In this document: piece by piece, positions 1 to 10,000 of the stretch
Layout: each line of letters opens with the position of its first letter
How positions within the stretch are numbered: position 1 is the first letter of the stretch
Origin: a virus
DNA: 64,000 nt
Strand: one strand, 5' to 3'
Virus record (IMG/VR): IMGVR_UViG_3300047388_000292
Span: 34,428 to 98,427 of that record
Position numbers and translations under genes: made by a program
The notes under the pieces: model-generated
The model's input: only the letters and a program-made list of their open reading frames with translations
What the model was told of the DNA's origin: nothing
The model's database searches: none

Positions 1-150
1 GCGTTTGCACTCATCCTCAAGATGAAGAACAACCTGCATCAACGCCGCACGCTCGATTACATACGCCTCGTCCCCGTGGACCGGAAACAGATGATCCGCA
101 TTTCCTCCTCCAGGCTGAACACTACTCGGAAAAACGCTCATCAAGCACTC

Positions 151-1062
151 TTACGGGAAAGGCCACGGTCCAGTCAACATTCCCCACCCTCTTCCGCCTG
201 TCATGAGACCCTCAGTACGAAGAGGATTCCTTGTCACATACCCAGGATCGAGCAATCCGCTGAGAGTCGACGCCGGCAATGGTGTTACGGTGCGCATCGC
301 CAGTCCGGGCTGGATCACCATCAGGTCGCGCCACTCCTGCGTGAGCTCGCGAACTAACCGCGGAGCAAGCTCTTTCAGCGACGCGATCATGTCCGGATAG
401 GACGTGACCTCAGAGGTCTGCGTCGAGCTTGCTGTCTTCCACTGACGAGACCAGAACTCGATAGCCGGATTGATGAGTTGGAGCGCAAGCCGCTTGGACA
501 GATAATCGAGGAAGACAATCCCAAGCCCTGATTCGGAGTCCGGGGAGACCGTTGTCCCGAGCACGCGCCACTTGATCACCTCGGCCTGCTGCTGCAACCA
601 CAGGTCACCGAATCGCTCGTCTTTGCGCAACGCCGACAAAGTCAGCGGCATATGCGCTGTGACGCCCATGACGATCATCCCAATCTGAGACCCAACTCCG
701 GGTCCGTGATCTCCAATGTAGATCGGGAATTCCGGGGAATCCTTCGGCCCAAAACCAGGCAGAACGAACTGCCACCAGGCCATGAAATCGCCTTCTCCAA
801 GGGACGATATATCGGTAGTCAGCCAGTCATGGCGTACGTTGTTCCCGTCCTGATCAGTTGGATAGATCGTGATTGCATTCGGTACTGATGGATTGATGAC
901 GGGGGCTCTCGAGATAAGTGGACGTACAAAGATCGACACAGTCGCCCCCGGAACCATTGCAATCACCTGACCGTTCAGAATGATCGAGTCGTAGATGCTT
1001 CCAGGTGCATCAATTGGAACAAAGACCGGCGTGCGTTGAGAGGGGATAGTACCCGGGCTCAT
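151..1062 (-). CDS. Putative virion protein (head-completion/adaptor-like)
   Basis: 303-aa ORF, translationally coupled downstream of the structural genes. Function inferred from position only. Confidence 0.45.
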   Translation of the reverse strand: MSPGTIPSQRTPVFVPIDAPGSIYDSIILNGQVIAMVPGATVSIFVRPLISRAPVINPSVPNAITIYPTDQDGNNVRHDWLTTDISSLGEGDFMAWWQFVLPGFGPKDSPEFPIYIGDHGPGVGSQIGMIVMGVTAHMPLTLSALRKDERFGDLWLQQQAEVIKWRVLGTTVSPDSESGLGIVFLDYLSKRLALQLINPAIEFWSRQWKTASSTQTSEVTSYPDMIASLKELAPRLVRELTQEWRDLMVIQPGLAMRTVTPLPASTLSGLLDPGYVTRNPLRTEGLMTGGRGWGMLTGPWPFP

Positions 1063-3134
1063 CTTTTCTGGATTCTACCGCTTCGGTTGCCAAGCGATGG
1101 AGGATTCTGTGGAGGCCCGAGTTTCACGAATGGAATTCCTCGTCTGTCAAGTTCTGGCGAATCTCTTGGAGGACCTACTCGCACGGATGGGATCCCTCGA
1201 GATCCTAACGTGACCTCGCCATACGCAGTCAGATTCGACAAAGGAACGAAGATCGGGACAACCGCTCCTGTCTGAGACTGTGTCGCTGAAGCAAAGAACA
1301 CAGAGACCACTACGGTTGATTGCGCGTTCGAAACAGTCTGGCTTGCGACTATCAACAACATTGCAGTCTTCATCGTCGCTGTAGCAGTAGCCGTCGACAT
1401 TGCTGCTGGCGTAAAATGCCCCGCTGCAGTCATGTTTACAGACCCAGTGGTGCTGACGACCGCAGTTGGAGATAGTTGTGCTGCGGAGTTCACTGAAACA
1501 AGCGAGGTAGTAGTCACAGACGGAGCAACGATAAATGGCTGAATAACAGTAGGCTGTGCGATCGTACTCGAAACGCTGCTTGCAGCGGAAACAATAAGTA
1601 CTCGAGCAGTCAGCGGTGTAGTGGCACCCAATATCGAGCTTGCGGTTGGGGCGATAAATGCGACACCAGGAGACGTTACCCCAGCGACCGACGATGTAAT
1701 GCTCGTCACCGATGGAGAGAGAAGACTCGCAGCGGACATAGGAGAAATAGCCGAAGTCGTGCTATTCGATGTCGGCGATATCAAGGTAGCTGCTGAAACC
1801 GGCACAGACACGCTCGAGACCATTATTGCCGAAACCGTGAACATAGCCGCCGCGGTAATCGGAACAGCAGCAGCACTTGAGCTTGTAGAAATCAAGTTCA
1901 CAAACGTCTTGGCACTAACCGGAACAACTGCCGCAGAAACTGCGCTGACGACTGGCACAAGCTGTGGTGCTCCCGCGAGGATCGTAACATTCACAGAACC
2001 AATGCTCGTGATAGCCAGGGTGATAAATGTAGGCGCGCTGGTTGGCGTGGTCGCTGTTGAGATAGACGTAACCGAAGGTACAAGTAGCACAGGCGCAGAG
2101 ATTGGAACTGTCGCAGAGCTAATCGCGGTTGTGGTCGAAGTAATCAAAGCAGCAGCAGTAAGCGGGATGCCTGCAACAGAACTAGAGTTCGTAGTAACAC
2201 TCAAAAATGTCTGTGCCGTTATGGGTATATTCGCTGTGCTGATGGCCCCAGCGGCTACAGTAAAGAACGTCTGCGCACTGATCGGGACACTGGTTGCACT
2301 AACCGCTGTAGCAGTTGGAGTAATAAACGGCAAACCGTTTTGTATTGGCGAAATTGACGCCGTAACAGACGTTGCTGTCGGCACAAACAATGCTGCTGCT
2401 GTCAATAGCCCAGTGGGGGTCGTCGTGCTGCCGGTAGATATGGATAGAAGTGAAGCTGCCGTGAGCGGCACTACAACAGCGCCAGTAGTCGTGGCGATCA
2501 CGGAGAAGAACGTTTGTGCGGAGATAGGTACAACAACAGAACCTATAGCTGTCGCGTTGGGCACCAAGAACGTCGTGGCGCTCACGGGGATGACCGCATT
2601 GGACACAGCAATCCCGGACACTGTGAATAAACTTGTAGCCGTCAGAGGCGCACTCGTAGAAGAGACCGCGACGGCAGTCGGATTGATCGGCTGTTGGACA
2701 GTAGTCTGCCCGGTCGCAGTAGATGTCGAGCTTACAGACGGACCAAGCAGCGCAGCAGCAGTAGTCGGGCTAGAAGCTGAGCTCGAGCTAGTTGTAGTCA
2801 ACGAGAAGAACGTCTGTGCGCTTGTTAGCACAGAGGCAGATGCATTCGCAATAGCTGATGGAGTCAATAGCGCAGCAGCAGTCACAGGCACTGTAGATGT
2901 AGAACTAGACTGTGCGGTTGGAGCAATCAACGACGGAGCGGTTATCGTCACAGCAGCTTGCGTTTGAGCATTGGCAGACACGACAAATGATGTCGTCGCA
3001 GTAATTATTACAGCGGCTGCGCTTATGACTGCGGCAGTTACCGCGCCAAGGTCCGCCGCGGTTATTGCGTTCGAGTTTACATTCGGGAGCTTCCCGACGA
3101 GAAGCGGCCCGGGTCCCGGCAGGAACAGGGTCAT
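1059..3134 (-). CDS. Ala/Thr/Ser/Val-rich repetitive fibre-like virion protein
   Basis: Nearly charge-free 691-aa protein with ~20-aa repeats (VPISAQTFFSVIATTTGAVV / VPLTAASLLSISTGSTTTPT) in the structural cluster. Confidence 0.6.
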   Translation of the reverse strand: MTLFLPGPGPLLVGKLPNVNSNAITAADLGAVTAAVISAAAVIITATTSFVVSANAQTQAAVTITAPSLIAPTAQSSSTSTVPVTAAALLTPSAIANASASVLTSAQTFFSLTTTSSSSASSPTTAAALLGPSVSSTSTATGQTTVQQPINPTAVAVSSTSAPLTATSLFTVSGIAVSNAVIPVSATTFLVPNATAIGSVVVPISAQTFFSVIATTTGAVVVPLTAASLLSISTGSTTTPTGLLTAAALFVPTATSVTASISPIQNGLPFITPTATAVSATSVPISAQTFFTVAAGAISTANIPITAQTFLSVTTNSSSVAGIPLTAAALITSTTTAISSATVPISAPVLLVPSVTSISTATTPTSAPTFITLAITSIGSVNVTILAGAPQLVPVVSAVSAAVVPVSAKTFVNLISTSSSAAAVPITAAAMFTVSAIMVSSVSVPVSAATLISPTSNSTTSAISPMSAASLLSPSVTSITSSVAGVTSPGVAFIAPTASSILGATTPLTARVLIVSAASSVSSTIAQPTVIQPFIVAPSVTTTSLVSVNSAAQLSPTAVVSTTGSVNMTAAGHFTPAAMSTATATATMKTAMLLIVASQTVSNAQSTVVVSVFFASATQSQTGAVVPIFVPLSNLTAYGEVTLGSRGIPSVRVGPPRDSPELDRRGIPFVKLGPPQNPPSLGNRSGRIQKR

Positions 3135-3140
3135 GACGGC

Positions 3141-3689
3141 CTAGTCAGGCGAGCGGATGTTGGCCCACTGGGTGGTCCAGGACCCGGCGACGCTCAGGGT
3201 CTTGGAGATCCAGATGGTCTGGTTCACCGAGTGGTCAAACGCCGCCGAGGTGCCTCCGAACACCACAAGGAGCTGGGTGTTGGCGGTCGCCGCGACGCCG
3301 CCGGACACGAAGAACCCGGTGCCCTTGATCGTGGCGTTGGTCCCGCCCGGCGCGCCGGTGGTCAGCACGGTCAGCATCATCCGCAGATACCAGGGGCCCG
3401 ACAGCGAGGAGGCCGGCACGGTCTGGGCGATCGAGGCCCCGAGCGTGGTGCCGGAGGCGTTGGTGGTGGAGATGGTCGGGCTGATGGTCAGCGCCCCGGT
3501 CGCCGCGGTGGTGATCAGCCCGCCCGCCTCGACGATGTACATCTTCCCCGGCCGCGGGTCGTAGGCGAAGATCGGCGTGTACTGCTGGCTGTTCCACATG
3601 CCGACCGCGGTGGTCGCCGCATTGGCGGCTAGCGGATCGGTGATGGCCGGCTCGACCGGGCCGGCATCCTGTAGGTATTGCCTCGCCAT
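3141..3689 (-). CDS. Putative virion structural protein
   Basis: 182 aa, G/A/T-rich and beta-like, with upstream SD (GGAGG). Part of a GC-richer block. Confidence 0.5.
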   Translation of the reverse strand: MARQYLQDAGPVEPAITDPLAANAATTAVGMWNSQQYTPIFAYDPRPGKMYIVEAGGLITTAATGALTISPTISTTNASGTTLGASIAQTVPASSLSGPWYLRMMLTVLTTGAPGGTNATIKGTGFFVSGGVAATANTQLLVVFGGTSAAFDHSVNQTIWISKTLSVAGSWTTQWANIRSPD

Positions 3690-4448
3690 CTACAAGATCC
3701 CTCCTTGGGGAGCCATGAACGGGATTGCCCGAAAGCTCGGCTGAGGGCCCACCACAGCAGCGGCGGGCGTCGATACGACCTCCAGCACAACGATCGTGTA
3801 CGGGCCGGTTGACGTGCCGGAATAGCCGAACGATTGCGAGCCGGTGGACGTCTCATCGTCCAGCTCGGTTAGGTAGAGGGTGTAGTTCGTGCTGAACGCC
3901 TGCGCGAACGGCGACGCTGTCGGCCCCGGCGCACCCGAGCCGTGAGTGGTCGCCGCGGGCGACGGCGACTCCACCGCATGCGCCGACCAGTCGCCCGCAG
4001 CCCAGCAGACGGACGAATCCACCTTCGTCATCGTTATCGCCCCGGTCTGCGGCGATGACGTCGCGCCCGTCACCAGCTGAGACGCCCCGACCGAGATCGT
4101 GTCGGTGCCCTGCGCGCGGAACTGATAGACGCCCATCCCCATCGCCATCGCAGCGCTGCTGGGACAGTTGGCCGTGATGATGCCGGAGCTGCCCGCGGTC
4201 GCGACGGCAGTCCATACGGCCACGCCACAGTCGGTTCCCGTCGTGCTATGGACTTGCTGCGGCGTCCAGGACAGACCCGATCCCGTGTTCGTCGGCGCGC
4301 TCCAGGCGTGCGACCCGTTGCCTTCGTTCCCCGCGAGGCAGACGAGAACATCACCCGTCTGCCACGTCAGTGTTGCCGATGCTTGGCTGTTGGTTCCGGT
4401 GGTGCCGCTGTTGGCTGAGGAGAACGCGATGAGGGTTGGCGCGGCCAT
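3690..4448 (-). CDS. Putative virion structural/minor tail-type beta protein
   Basis: 252 aa, with GDVLV...AG and VWTAVAT patterns typical of actinophage minor structural domains. Confidence 0.5.
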   Translation of the reverse strand: MAAPTLIAFSSANSGTTGTNSQASATLTWQTGDVLVCLAGNEGNGSHAWSAPTNTGSGLSWTPQQVHSTTGTDCGVAVWTAVATAGSSGIITANCPSSAAMAMGMGVYQFRAQGTDTISVGASQLVTGATSSPQTGAITMTKVDSSVCWAAGDWSAHAVESPSPAATTHGSGAPGPTASPFAQAFSTNYTLYLTELDDETSTGSQSFGYSGTSTGPYTIVVLEVVSTPAAAVVGPQPSFRAIPFMAPQGGIL

Positions 4449-4451
4449 CGT

Positions 4452-4844
4452 CTACAGCGTCTCGTAGACAACCGACCCTGAGATCGTCGTTGGCGCTGTC
4501 GCCGTCAGGATGACCTGAAACGCCGTGTCGGTCGGGAACGGGGAGCCGATGCCGACCGACATCGTGTTCTCCGTGACCGTCACGCCTTTCGTGGTCACGG
4601 TCCCTCCGAAGAACGTGGCCGAGCCGATGTCACGCCACGTGGCGCCATTGTCGAGCGAGTATTGAATGTCGATCGTGAGCGCATCGGCAGGCGTGAGCGT
4701 GTTCAGCCACGGGTGGTTGCCGGCGCCGGCGCGCTCGATGATGACCTCGGCCTGCGACCAGGGCTGCGCGCTGTGCGCGAACGTGTTGAACGCGGTTTGC
4801 CCGGCGGCCAGCGTGATCGTTGGAATGTTCTGCGTTACCGACAC
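4452..4844 (-). CDS. Hypothetical protein (beta-sandwich-like, 'IQYSLDNGATW')
   Basis: 130-aa ORF co-oriented in the operon. Confidence 0.5.
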   Translation of the reverse strand: MSVTQNIPTITLAAGQTAFNTFAHSAQPWSQAEVIIERAGAGNHPWLNTLTPADALTIDIQYSLDNGATWRDIGSATFFGGTVTTKGVTVTENTMSVGIGSPFPTDTAFQVILTATAPTTISGSVVYETL

Positions 4845-4868
4845 GGCAAAGCCCCCCGAGAGGTTGGT

Positions 4869-6695
4869 TTACGGGTTGATCGGCGTGCCGTCGTCGTAAC
4901 GGTTCCCCGCCCCCCACACGTTCCCGGAGTCGGTGCCGCGCTGGTGGACGGTGCCGTTGTCCCAGCCCGCGATCGGGCCGTACACGCCGCACTGGCCGGT
5001 GACGCCGCGCCCGAAGACGTTATTGGCGATGTAGTCGCCGATCGTCGGATACGGCTTCTGCGTTCCCTGCCCCGGATACAGGCAGACCGCGACTTGGCTG
5101 CCGTCAGCATAGTTCGGTCCGGCGGGAGCCAGATAGTTGTATTCGGCGTCGAGCGTGACCTGGTTGAAGTCGGGGAACACTGACAGGTCGCCTGAGCAGC
5201 CTGCGTTCCCGCCGCCGACAACTGCGCCCGGTAGCGTGGCGGCCTGGTCGCCGCAGTTGATGTAGTCGTGAATGGCGGTGAGCTTGTTGCCCGGCCCGTT
5301 GCCGTTGCCACCGATCCCGTTCATGTGGAATGTGGATTGGACGACGAGGCCGTGCTCCCACGAGTCCTTGACGATGCAGTTCCCGTCGCAGTGGTCGGGG
5401 CCGTTGCCGCCGTGATTGTTGACGTGGTCCTCGTAGAAGTTGCCGTAGGAGATGTTTGCGCGGTTGACCTGGATCGTCGACCCGTCCGATGCGGTGTAGG
5501 TCGGCATGTCAGCCGTGTCGATCTCGTCGTAGCTCATCACGAGCGGGCCGTTGACGTCCACGTAACCGATGACCTTCGAGTTCTTCAGCGTCACGCACGG
5601 CGTCGCCGGGGAGCTGGTGCCGTTGCCAGCGTTGTCGGAGAAGCTGCCGGTGATGAGCAGGCCCGAGATGGTGACGTTGCACGAGTTGACCTCCACGGCC
5701 TGATTGCTGGCGTTCCAAGTCCAGCCCGGGCCGGAGGTCGCGTCCTGCGGGACGCGCGTGAGGACCGTTCCGGCCGGCACGCCGGTGCTGCTGGGGCCGG
5801 GCCAGCAGCCGCCCCACGGGTCGGGGCTGTCGGGCGCGTTCGGGGTGCTCGCCGGGCAGTTGCCGCTCGGCGTGGTCGACGTGGTGCTCGTCGTGCTGGT
5901 TGTGGTGGTCGGCGTTGTCGAGGTTGTCGAGGTGGTGGTCGGCGTCGTGGTGCTCGTGGTCGTGCTGGTCGCTCCGGTCCCCGAGACGTAGGCGCTGACC
6001 GGATTGGAGTTCCACTGCAGCGCGGGCGAGTAAGGGTTCGGGAAGCCGCTGCCGGACCAGTCGAGATTCGACCCGCCTGAGCCCATGTCCCGGTAGCTGA
6101 TCGTGCCGCCCGTCTTAGCGCCGAGCGCGATCCAGTACCGGGTGCCGCTGGTGATGCTCGCGTCGCCGGCCAGCGGGACGGTCGCCCACCCCGCCGCGTT
6201 AGAAGCGATGGTGGCGGTGTCGAGGCGGGCGCCCGGCTTGCCTGCGCTGTCGGCATACAGTCCGACCTGCGCGCCGTCCGTGGAGTCGAGGTACACGCTT
6301 ACGCTGGCGGCAGTGCCGGACGCACCGGCCGTGTAGCCGAATGCCTCGCTTGCAGGCGCAGAGCTTCCGTCGTGGGTGCCTTGGACAGTTTGGCTTCCCA
6401 GCAGCACCGTGCTGGGTGGAGGAGGGGGGGGCGTTGTCGGGACGGTGAAGCTGCCGATGATCGTTTCGGTGTGCGCGCCCGGCGCAAGGCCCGTCTGATT
6501 CAGCGGACTCGTACAGGCAGCCGGCGTGCCGCCGTCAAGCGAGCACTGGAAAGTCGCGCCCGGCTCATCGGACGAGAAGCTGAAGGATGGGCTTGAGCCG
6601 GCGCCGAGGGCGACCGCGCCGCCGATCCCGAGGATCAGCGCGAGGAGGCCGAGGACGATGTAGGTGGTCAGGTCGGGCTTGTAGATTCGGCGCAC
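4869..6695 (-). CDS. Secreted multidomain protein (signal peptide, Ig-like domain, DUF4082-like domain, Thr linker, beta-helix-like C-terminus)
   Basis: Hydrophobic N-terminus (YIVLGLLALILGIGGAVALG), SFSSDEPGATFQCSLDG Ig-like motif, Pro and Thr linkers. Probable GTG start at 6695 (ORF track gives 6725). Confidence 0.6.
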   Translation of the reverse strand: MRRIYKPDLTTYIVLGLLALILGIGGAVALGAGSSPSFSFSSDEPGATFQCSLDGGTPAACTSPLNQTGLAPGAHTETIIGSFTVPTTPPPPPPSTVLLGSQTVQGTHDGSSAPASEAFGYTAGASGTAASVSVYLDSTDGAQVGLYADSAGKPGARLDTATIASNAAGWATVPLAGDASITSGTRYWIALGAKTGGTISYRDMGSGGSNLDWSGSGFPNPYSPALQWNSNPVSAYVSGTGATSTTTSTTTPTTTSTTSTTPTTTTSTTSTTSTTPSGNCPASTPNAPDSPDPWGGCWPGPSSTGVPAGTVLTRVPQDATSGPGWTWNASNQAVEVNSCNVTISGLLITGSFSDNAGNGTSSPATPCVTLKNSKVIGYVDVNGPLVMSYDEIDTADMPTYTASDGSTIQVNRANISYGNFYEDHVNNHGGNGPDHCDGNCIVKDSWEHGLVVQSTFHMNGIGGNGNGPGNKLTAIHDYINCGDQAATLPGAVVGGGNAGCSGDLSVFPDFNQVTLDAEYNYLAPAGPNYADGSQVAVCLYPGQGTQKPYPTIGDYIANNVFGRGVTGQCGVYGPIAGWDNGTVHQRGTDSGNVWGAGNRYDDGTPINP

Positions 6696-6696
6696 G

Positions 6697-7173
6697 TCAG
6701 CTCGCCAGTTCGGTGTTACCGGCATCCGTGCGTTGGTATGGGCCTGGATGCGATCCTTCTACTAACCCAGCCTCAATCAGCAAATTGAGCTGCTCAAACA
6801 CTTGCCGAATCGTATCCTCGAGCGTGCCCGATATATCGAGCTTATCGGCCTCTGGATTCTGCGGGTTGAAGGTATGTGGGTCCAGCATCAGAGACCGAGT
6901 CAGCGCAGCCAGAGTGTTTCGAGGGCCATACGCTGTCTCATCTTCCTCATCTGCTATGAACCCGAGGACACGTCTAGTTAGAGACAAACGCTTGAACTTT
7001 GTTTCTGGTAGCACAGCACCAGGACCACCACCTGCAGTGAGGCTGACGCTCGCCCGAACACCAAGCATAAGAGCGGCTGCTACAGCAACCGGATCAGTCA
7101 CCTCTGGCGTGACTCCCTCGGGGATAGACGCAACGTCTGCGGGAGTGATCTCGATCGAATCTGAAGCTTCCAT
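6697..7173 (-). CDS. Hypothetical protein
   Basis: 158-aa ORF with strong SD (GGAGGAGG). Confidence 0.6.
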   Translation of the reverse strand: MEASDSIEITPADVASIPEGVTPEVTDPVAVAAALMLGVRASVSLTAGGGPGAVLPETKFKRLSLTRRVLGFIADEEDETAYGPRNTLAALTRSLMLDPHTFNPQNPEADKLDISGTLEDTIRQVFEQLNLLIEAGLVEGSHPGPYQRTDAGNTELAS

Positions 7174-7182
7174 CGCCTCCTC

Positions 7183-7818
7183 CTAACTTCCGGTGATGGA
7201 TAGTGACATCGCAGCCGAAGCGATTGTGGGCGGAGTTTGGGTCGTGCTGATTACCGTGCTCGTGACACTCGCGACCCACAGCAAGTTTGAGCCAGAAATC
7301 GTCGCCGAGTCGCTGATGCAGAACCCGAGCAGCGTCGAGGTCGAGGCCGTGCAGGCGCCCCAAGTGATCGCACCATTGTTCGTTACGACCGACGGGGTAG
7401 CGCTGGTCGCAGCGTTTGTCCATGTGCCGACCGTAGGTGTCAAGATCGCGTAGCCGGTGTAGGCTGCAACGGTTCCCGCAACGGTGGTGCCGGTGCTCGC
7501 GGTGGTCGGCGCAGTCGTGAGCAGTGATAGGCCGATGACGGCCGGCAGTGTCCACTGCGAGCCGTGGCCGACGCACATGTCGCCAACCTTCGCCATCGAA
7601 TACTGCGCCATCCCAGTAAGCGCAGTCGGACAACCAGCCGCGTCGAGCTCGCGAGCGATCTCCAAACCTTCGGGAATTTCGTGTGCGGCTAGGTTGCAGA
7701 TGTCCTGAAGCACATCCCGGAAACGCTCGATATCCTCGAGCCGCGTGTTCATCCAACGCTTGCCGTACTCGGTAAGCCGTGCTGGTTCAAGCTCGAGATA
7801 GACCGGCTCAATGCTCAT
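7183..7818 (-). CDS. Putative phage structural protein (tail-fibre-associated type)
   Basis: C-terminal half (IGLSLLTTAP...GYA...VTNNGAITW...GSNLL) resembles a common phage structural family. Confidence 0.5.
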   Translation of the reverse strand: MSIEPVYLELEPARLTEYGKRWMNTRLEDIERFRDVLQDICNLAAHEIPEGLEIARELDAAGCPTALTGMAQYSMAKVGDMCVGHGSQWTLPAVIGLSLLTTAPTTASTGTTVAGTVAAYTGYAILTPTVGTWTNAATSATPSVVTNNGAITWGACTASTSTLLGFCISDSATISGSNLLWVASVTSTVISTTQTPPTIASAAMSLSITGS

Positions 7819-8100
7819 TTACCCGGTGTTCCTTCCATTCGGCATAGATTGGAACATTTGCTGAGGCATGCCGGGAACTGCGATCTCTACGCGCTTCTTC
7901 GCAGGTTCACCGCGCAATTGCCCAGCGATGTCATCGGCAGCAAAGTCGTCGAGCGGAAACTGCCATTGCCGGCCAAACTGATCATCCTTGAACACAAGCA
8001 CACGGCCAGCGATGATTGTCTGTCCCGGATTCTGAGGATCAGGTGCCTGCTGTTCGGCGATGACGTATCCAACTCCGATGATTGTTTCTGCAATCGGCAT
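7819..8100 (-). CDS. Hypothetical protein
   Basis: 93-aa ORF coupled to its neighbours. Confidence 0.55.
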   Translation of the reverse strand: MPIAETIIGVGYVIAEQQAPDPQNPGQTIIAGRVLVFKDDQFGRQWQFPLDDFAADDIAGQLRGEPAKKRVEIAVPGMPQQMFQSMPNGRNTG

Positions 8101-8690
8101 CAGACATTCACTCCTGCCGGCTGCTGAATCTCACCCTCGTAAATACCACGATCCCATTCAACAATCGCCGGCCGATTCTTGTGTTCGCGCTCATATGCAA
8201 TGGCGTCCTTCACCAACGGATCTGAGGAAACCGAGAACTTCTCAAGGATCTGACGCACATCCCACTGGTCAAATCCATCGAACGGCTCGCGCTCACGAAC
8301 TGAGACGAAGTCCACAATGTCAGCACGACTCATACCGCCCTCGGCACGCTCGTAGTCCTTGGCCTGCCTGACCGTCGACACATCTGCGTCTCTCAGGCGA
8401 TCGATGATTTCCTGCGGATGCAAACCAACATAGTCAGGCCACGGCGGCTTGACTTCTGCACCCTCGAGCGTCCGCACACCGGCCAACTCTGTCGCCTTGA
8501 CGCGATACGAATACGCCTCGGACACAGTCAGCGGCTCGAAGCGCTCGCGATACCAGTCCGACCCCTCCTTGATCTTGTCGCGGATGAAGTCGTGGACCTC
8601 CCAGTCCGAGAGCACAGTGCCCTCTTGATGAACGAAGTGGTCGTTGTTGACGTTTCGAACAGTCGTGTGCTTTTTCAGCAGGTATGCCAT
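8100..8690 (-). CDS. Hypothetical protein downstream of the capsid gene
   Basis: Probable start MAYLLKK at 8690 after SD AGGAG. Contains a duplicated YER...R..IV motif. Confidence 0.55.
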   Translation of the reverse strand: MAYLLKKHTTVRNVNNDHFVHQEGTVLSDWEVHDFIRDKIKEGSDWYRERFEPLTVSEAYSYRVKATELAGVRTLEGAEVKPPWPDYVGLHPQEIIDRLRDADVSTVRQAKDYERAEGGMSRADIVDFVSVREREPFDGFDQWDVRQILEKFSVSSDPLVKDAIAYEREHKNRPAIVEWDRGIYEGEIQQPAGVNV

Positions 8691-8713
8691 CAGGGCCTCG
8701 CTCCTGTTAGTTA

Positions 8714-9973
8714 CTAAAAACTTTTCATGTACAAAAATGCTTCGGGGCGCCGCAGACGACCAAACCGAGCCGACGCCTGACGGAAGAAGTGCTTCTTGGC
8801 ACCGTGGTCGACGATGATCTCCGACTGCGGTCCCTGCACCCACTTCAGCTCGTTGAAAGCGGCTGAGAGTGCAACCATGCCGTCAGCGACATCAGCGATG
8901 CGCTCACCTTCATGGACGTACTCGGTGGTGTACATGAGCTCGCCGTTGAGCAGGTACTTCGTCAACGCACCCATGCCTCGGGAGTATCCCTGCGTCTCCG
9001 AACGGTAGCCGGAGTCGGTAACGATGAGCTTCGGTGCCGGAGCCACATTCGAATCGACCTCGTCCATGCCTCCTCCCCAGAGCAGCGTCTGCATGTCTGC
9101 TGCCGTCGGCAAGTAGACGTTGCGGTCCGTCGGCGTGAGATAACCGCGGGCCTGGTTCGAACGCTGCAGATTCGAGAACGTAATCGTGTTCTGGTGGATC
9201 CTTGACGCGTAGACGCCGATGTCGTTGGCGATCAACTGCTGACCCGAACGAATGTCGTCGATCGGCGTGGAGTTCACGCGGTCCGTCCACGGCACCGACG
9301 TCGTGATGTTGTGGGTGCTCATGTACGGCCACGTGATCGTCGCTGATCCCTGGTCGTAGGTGACCACGAGGGACTGACCCTTGAACATAGCCCAGCGCAT
9401 GACTTCGGTAAGACGCTCGTTGCGCAACTGGAGCATGCGTCCCTGAGTAACAAGGTCGACACCTGCGCGAGCGCGGATCGACTCATCCTTCGAGGTCATG
9501 CGCAGCCACAGATCCTCCTGAATTGCCACCATCTCGTCGAGGAGGAGCAGCTCAGAGACTTCCTGAGTAAACGCCATCTTCGGGACGAAGATTTTCGGAG
9601 AAGCATCCGGAGCGCGGAACTGCCCGATTCCGAAGGCCGCGACTTCCGCGATCTCCCGCTTGATCGTGCGGTCATAGCACGGGACCAGCGGTGCAATCTG
9701 CGGGCCCATAGTTGGCAGCCGCTCGAGCACCGTCTCGAGATTGCGTCGCACCAGATCGGTAATCGCTGCCTGTTGGAAGACATCGAACACGTTCTGGTCT
9801 CCGGCCTGTGCGCCGGCAATGAGTGGCATTCCGTGCGGATACTTCTGCTGGAACCACTCCCACGACCCAACCATCGGTCGTGAATCGTCAGCTCGACGCC
9901 GGGGGTGTCCGAGATGATCGTGAGATCCCCCGTGTAGATACTTCATCCGCTTGCGGTTTTTGCGGTCGGCCAT
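8714..9973 (-). CDS. Major capsid protein (HK97 fold, capsid-E-like)
   Basis: 419 aa directly after protease and decoration genes, with a 'W...STPIDDI' motif typical of E-type capsids. Confidence 0.8.
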   Translation of the reverse strand: MADRKNRKRMKYLHGGSHDHLGHPRRRADDSRPMVGSWEWFQQKYPHGMPLIAGAQAGDQNVFDVFQQAAITDLVRRNLETVLERLPTMGPQIAPLVPCYDRTIKREIAEVAAFGIGQFRAPDASPKIFVPKMAFTQEVSELLLLDEMVAIQEDLWLRMTSKDESIRARAGVDLVTQGRMLQLRNERLTEVMRWAMFKGQSLVVTYDQGSATITWPYMSTHNITTSVPWTDRVNSTPIDDIRSGQQLIANDIGVYASRIHQNTITFSNLQRSNQARGYLTPTDRNVYLPTAADMQTLLWGGGMDEVDSNVAPAPKLIVTDSGYRSETQGYSRGMGALTKYLLNGELMYTTEYVHEGERIADVADGMVALSAAFNELKWVQGPQSEIIVDHGAKKHFFRQASARFGRLRRPEAFLYMKSF

Positions 9974-10000
9974 GTGATGCTCCTTTCTATTCCGGCCGAC

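Noticed and set aside
1621-2967. 448-aa plus-strand ORF, and similar long antisense ORFs (e.g. 36779-37639, 42566-43492, 58231-59010)
   Set aside because: Shadow frames of real minus-strand genes, caused by codon bias; no SD or recognisable motifs.
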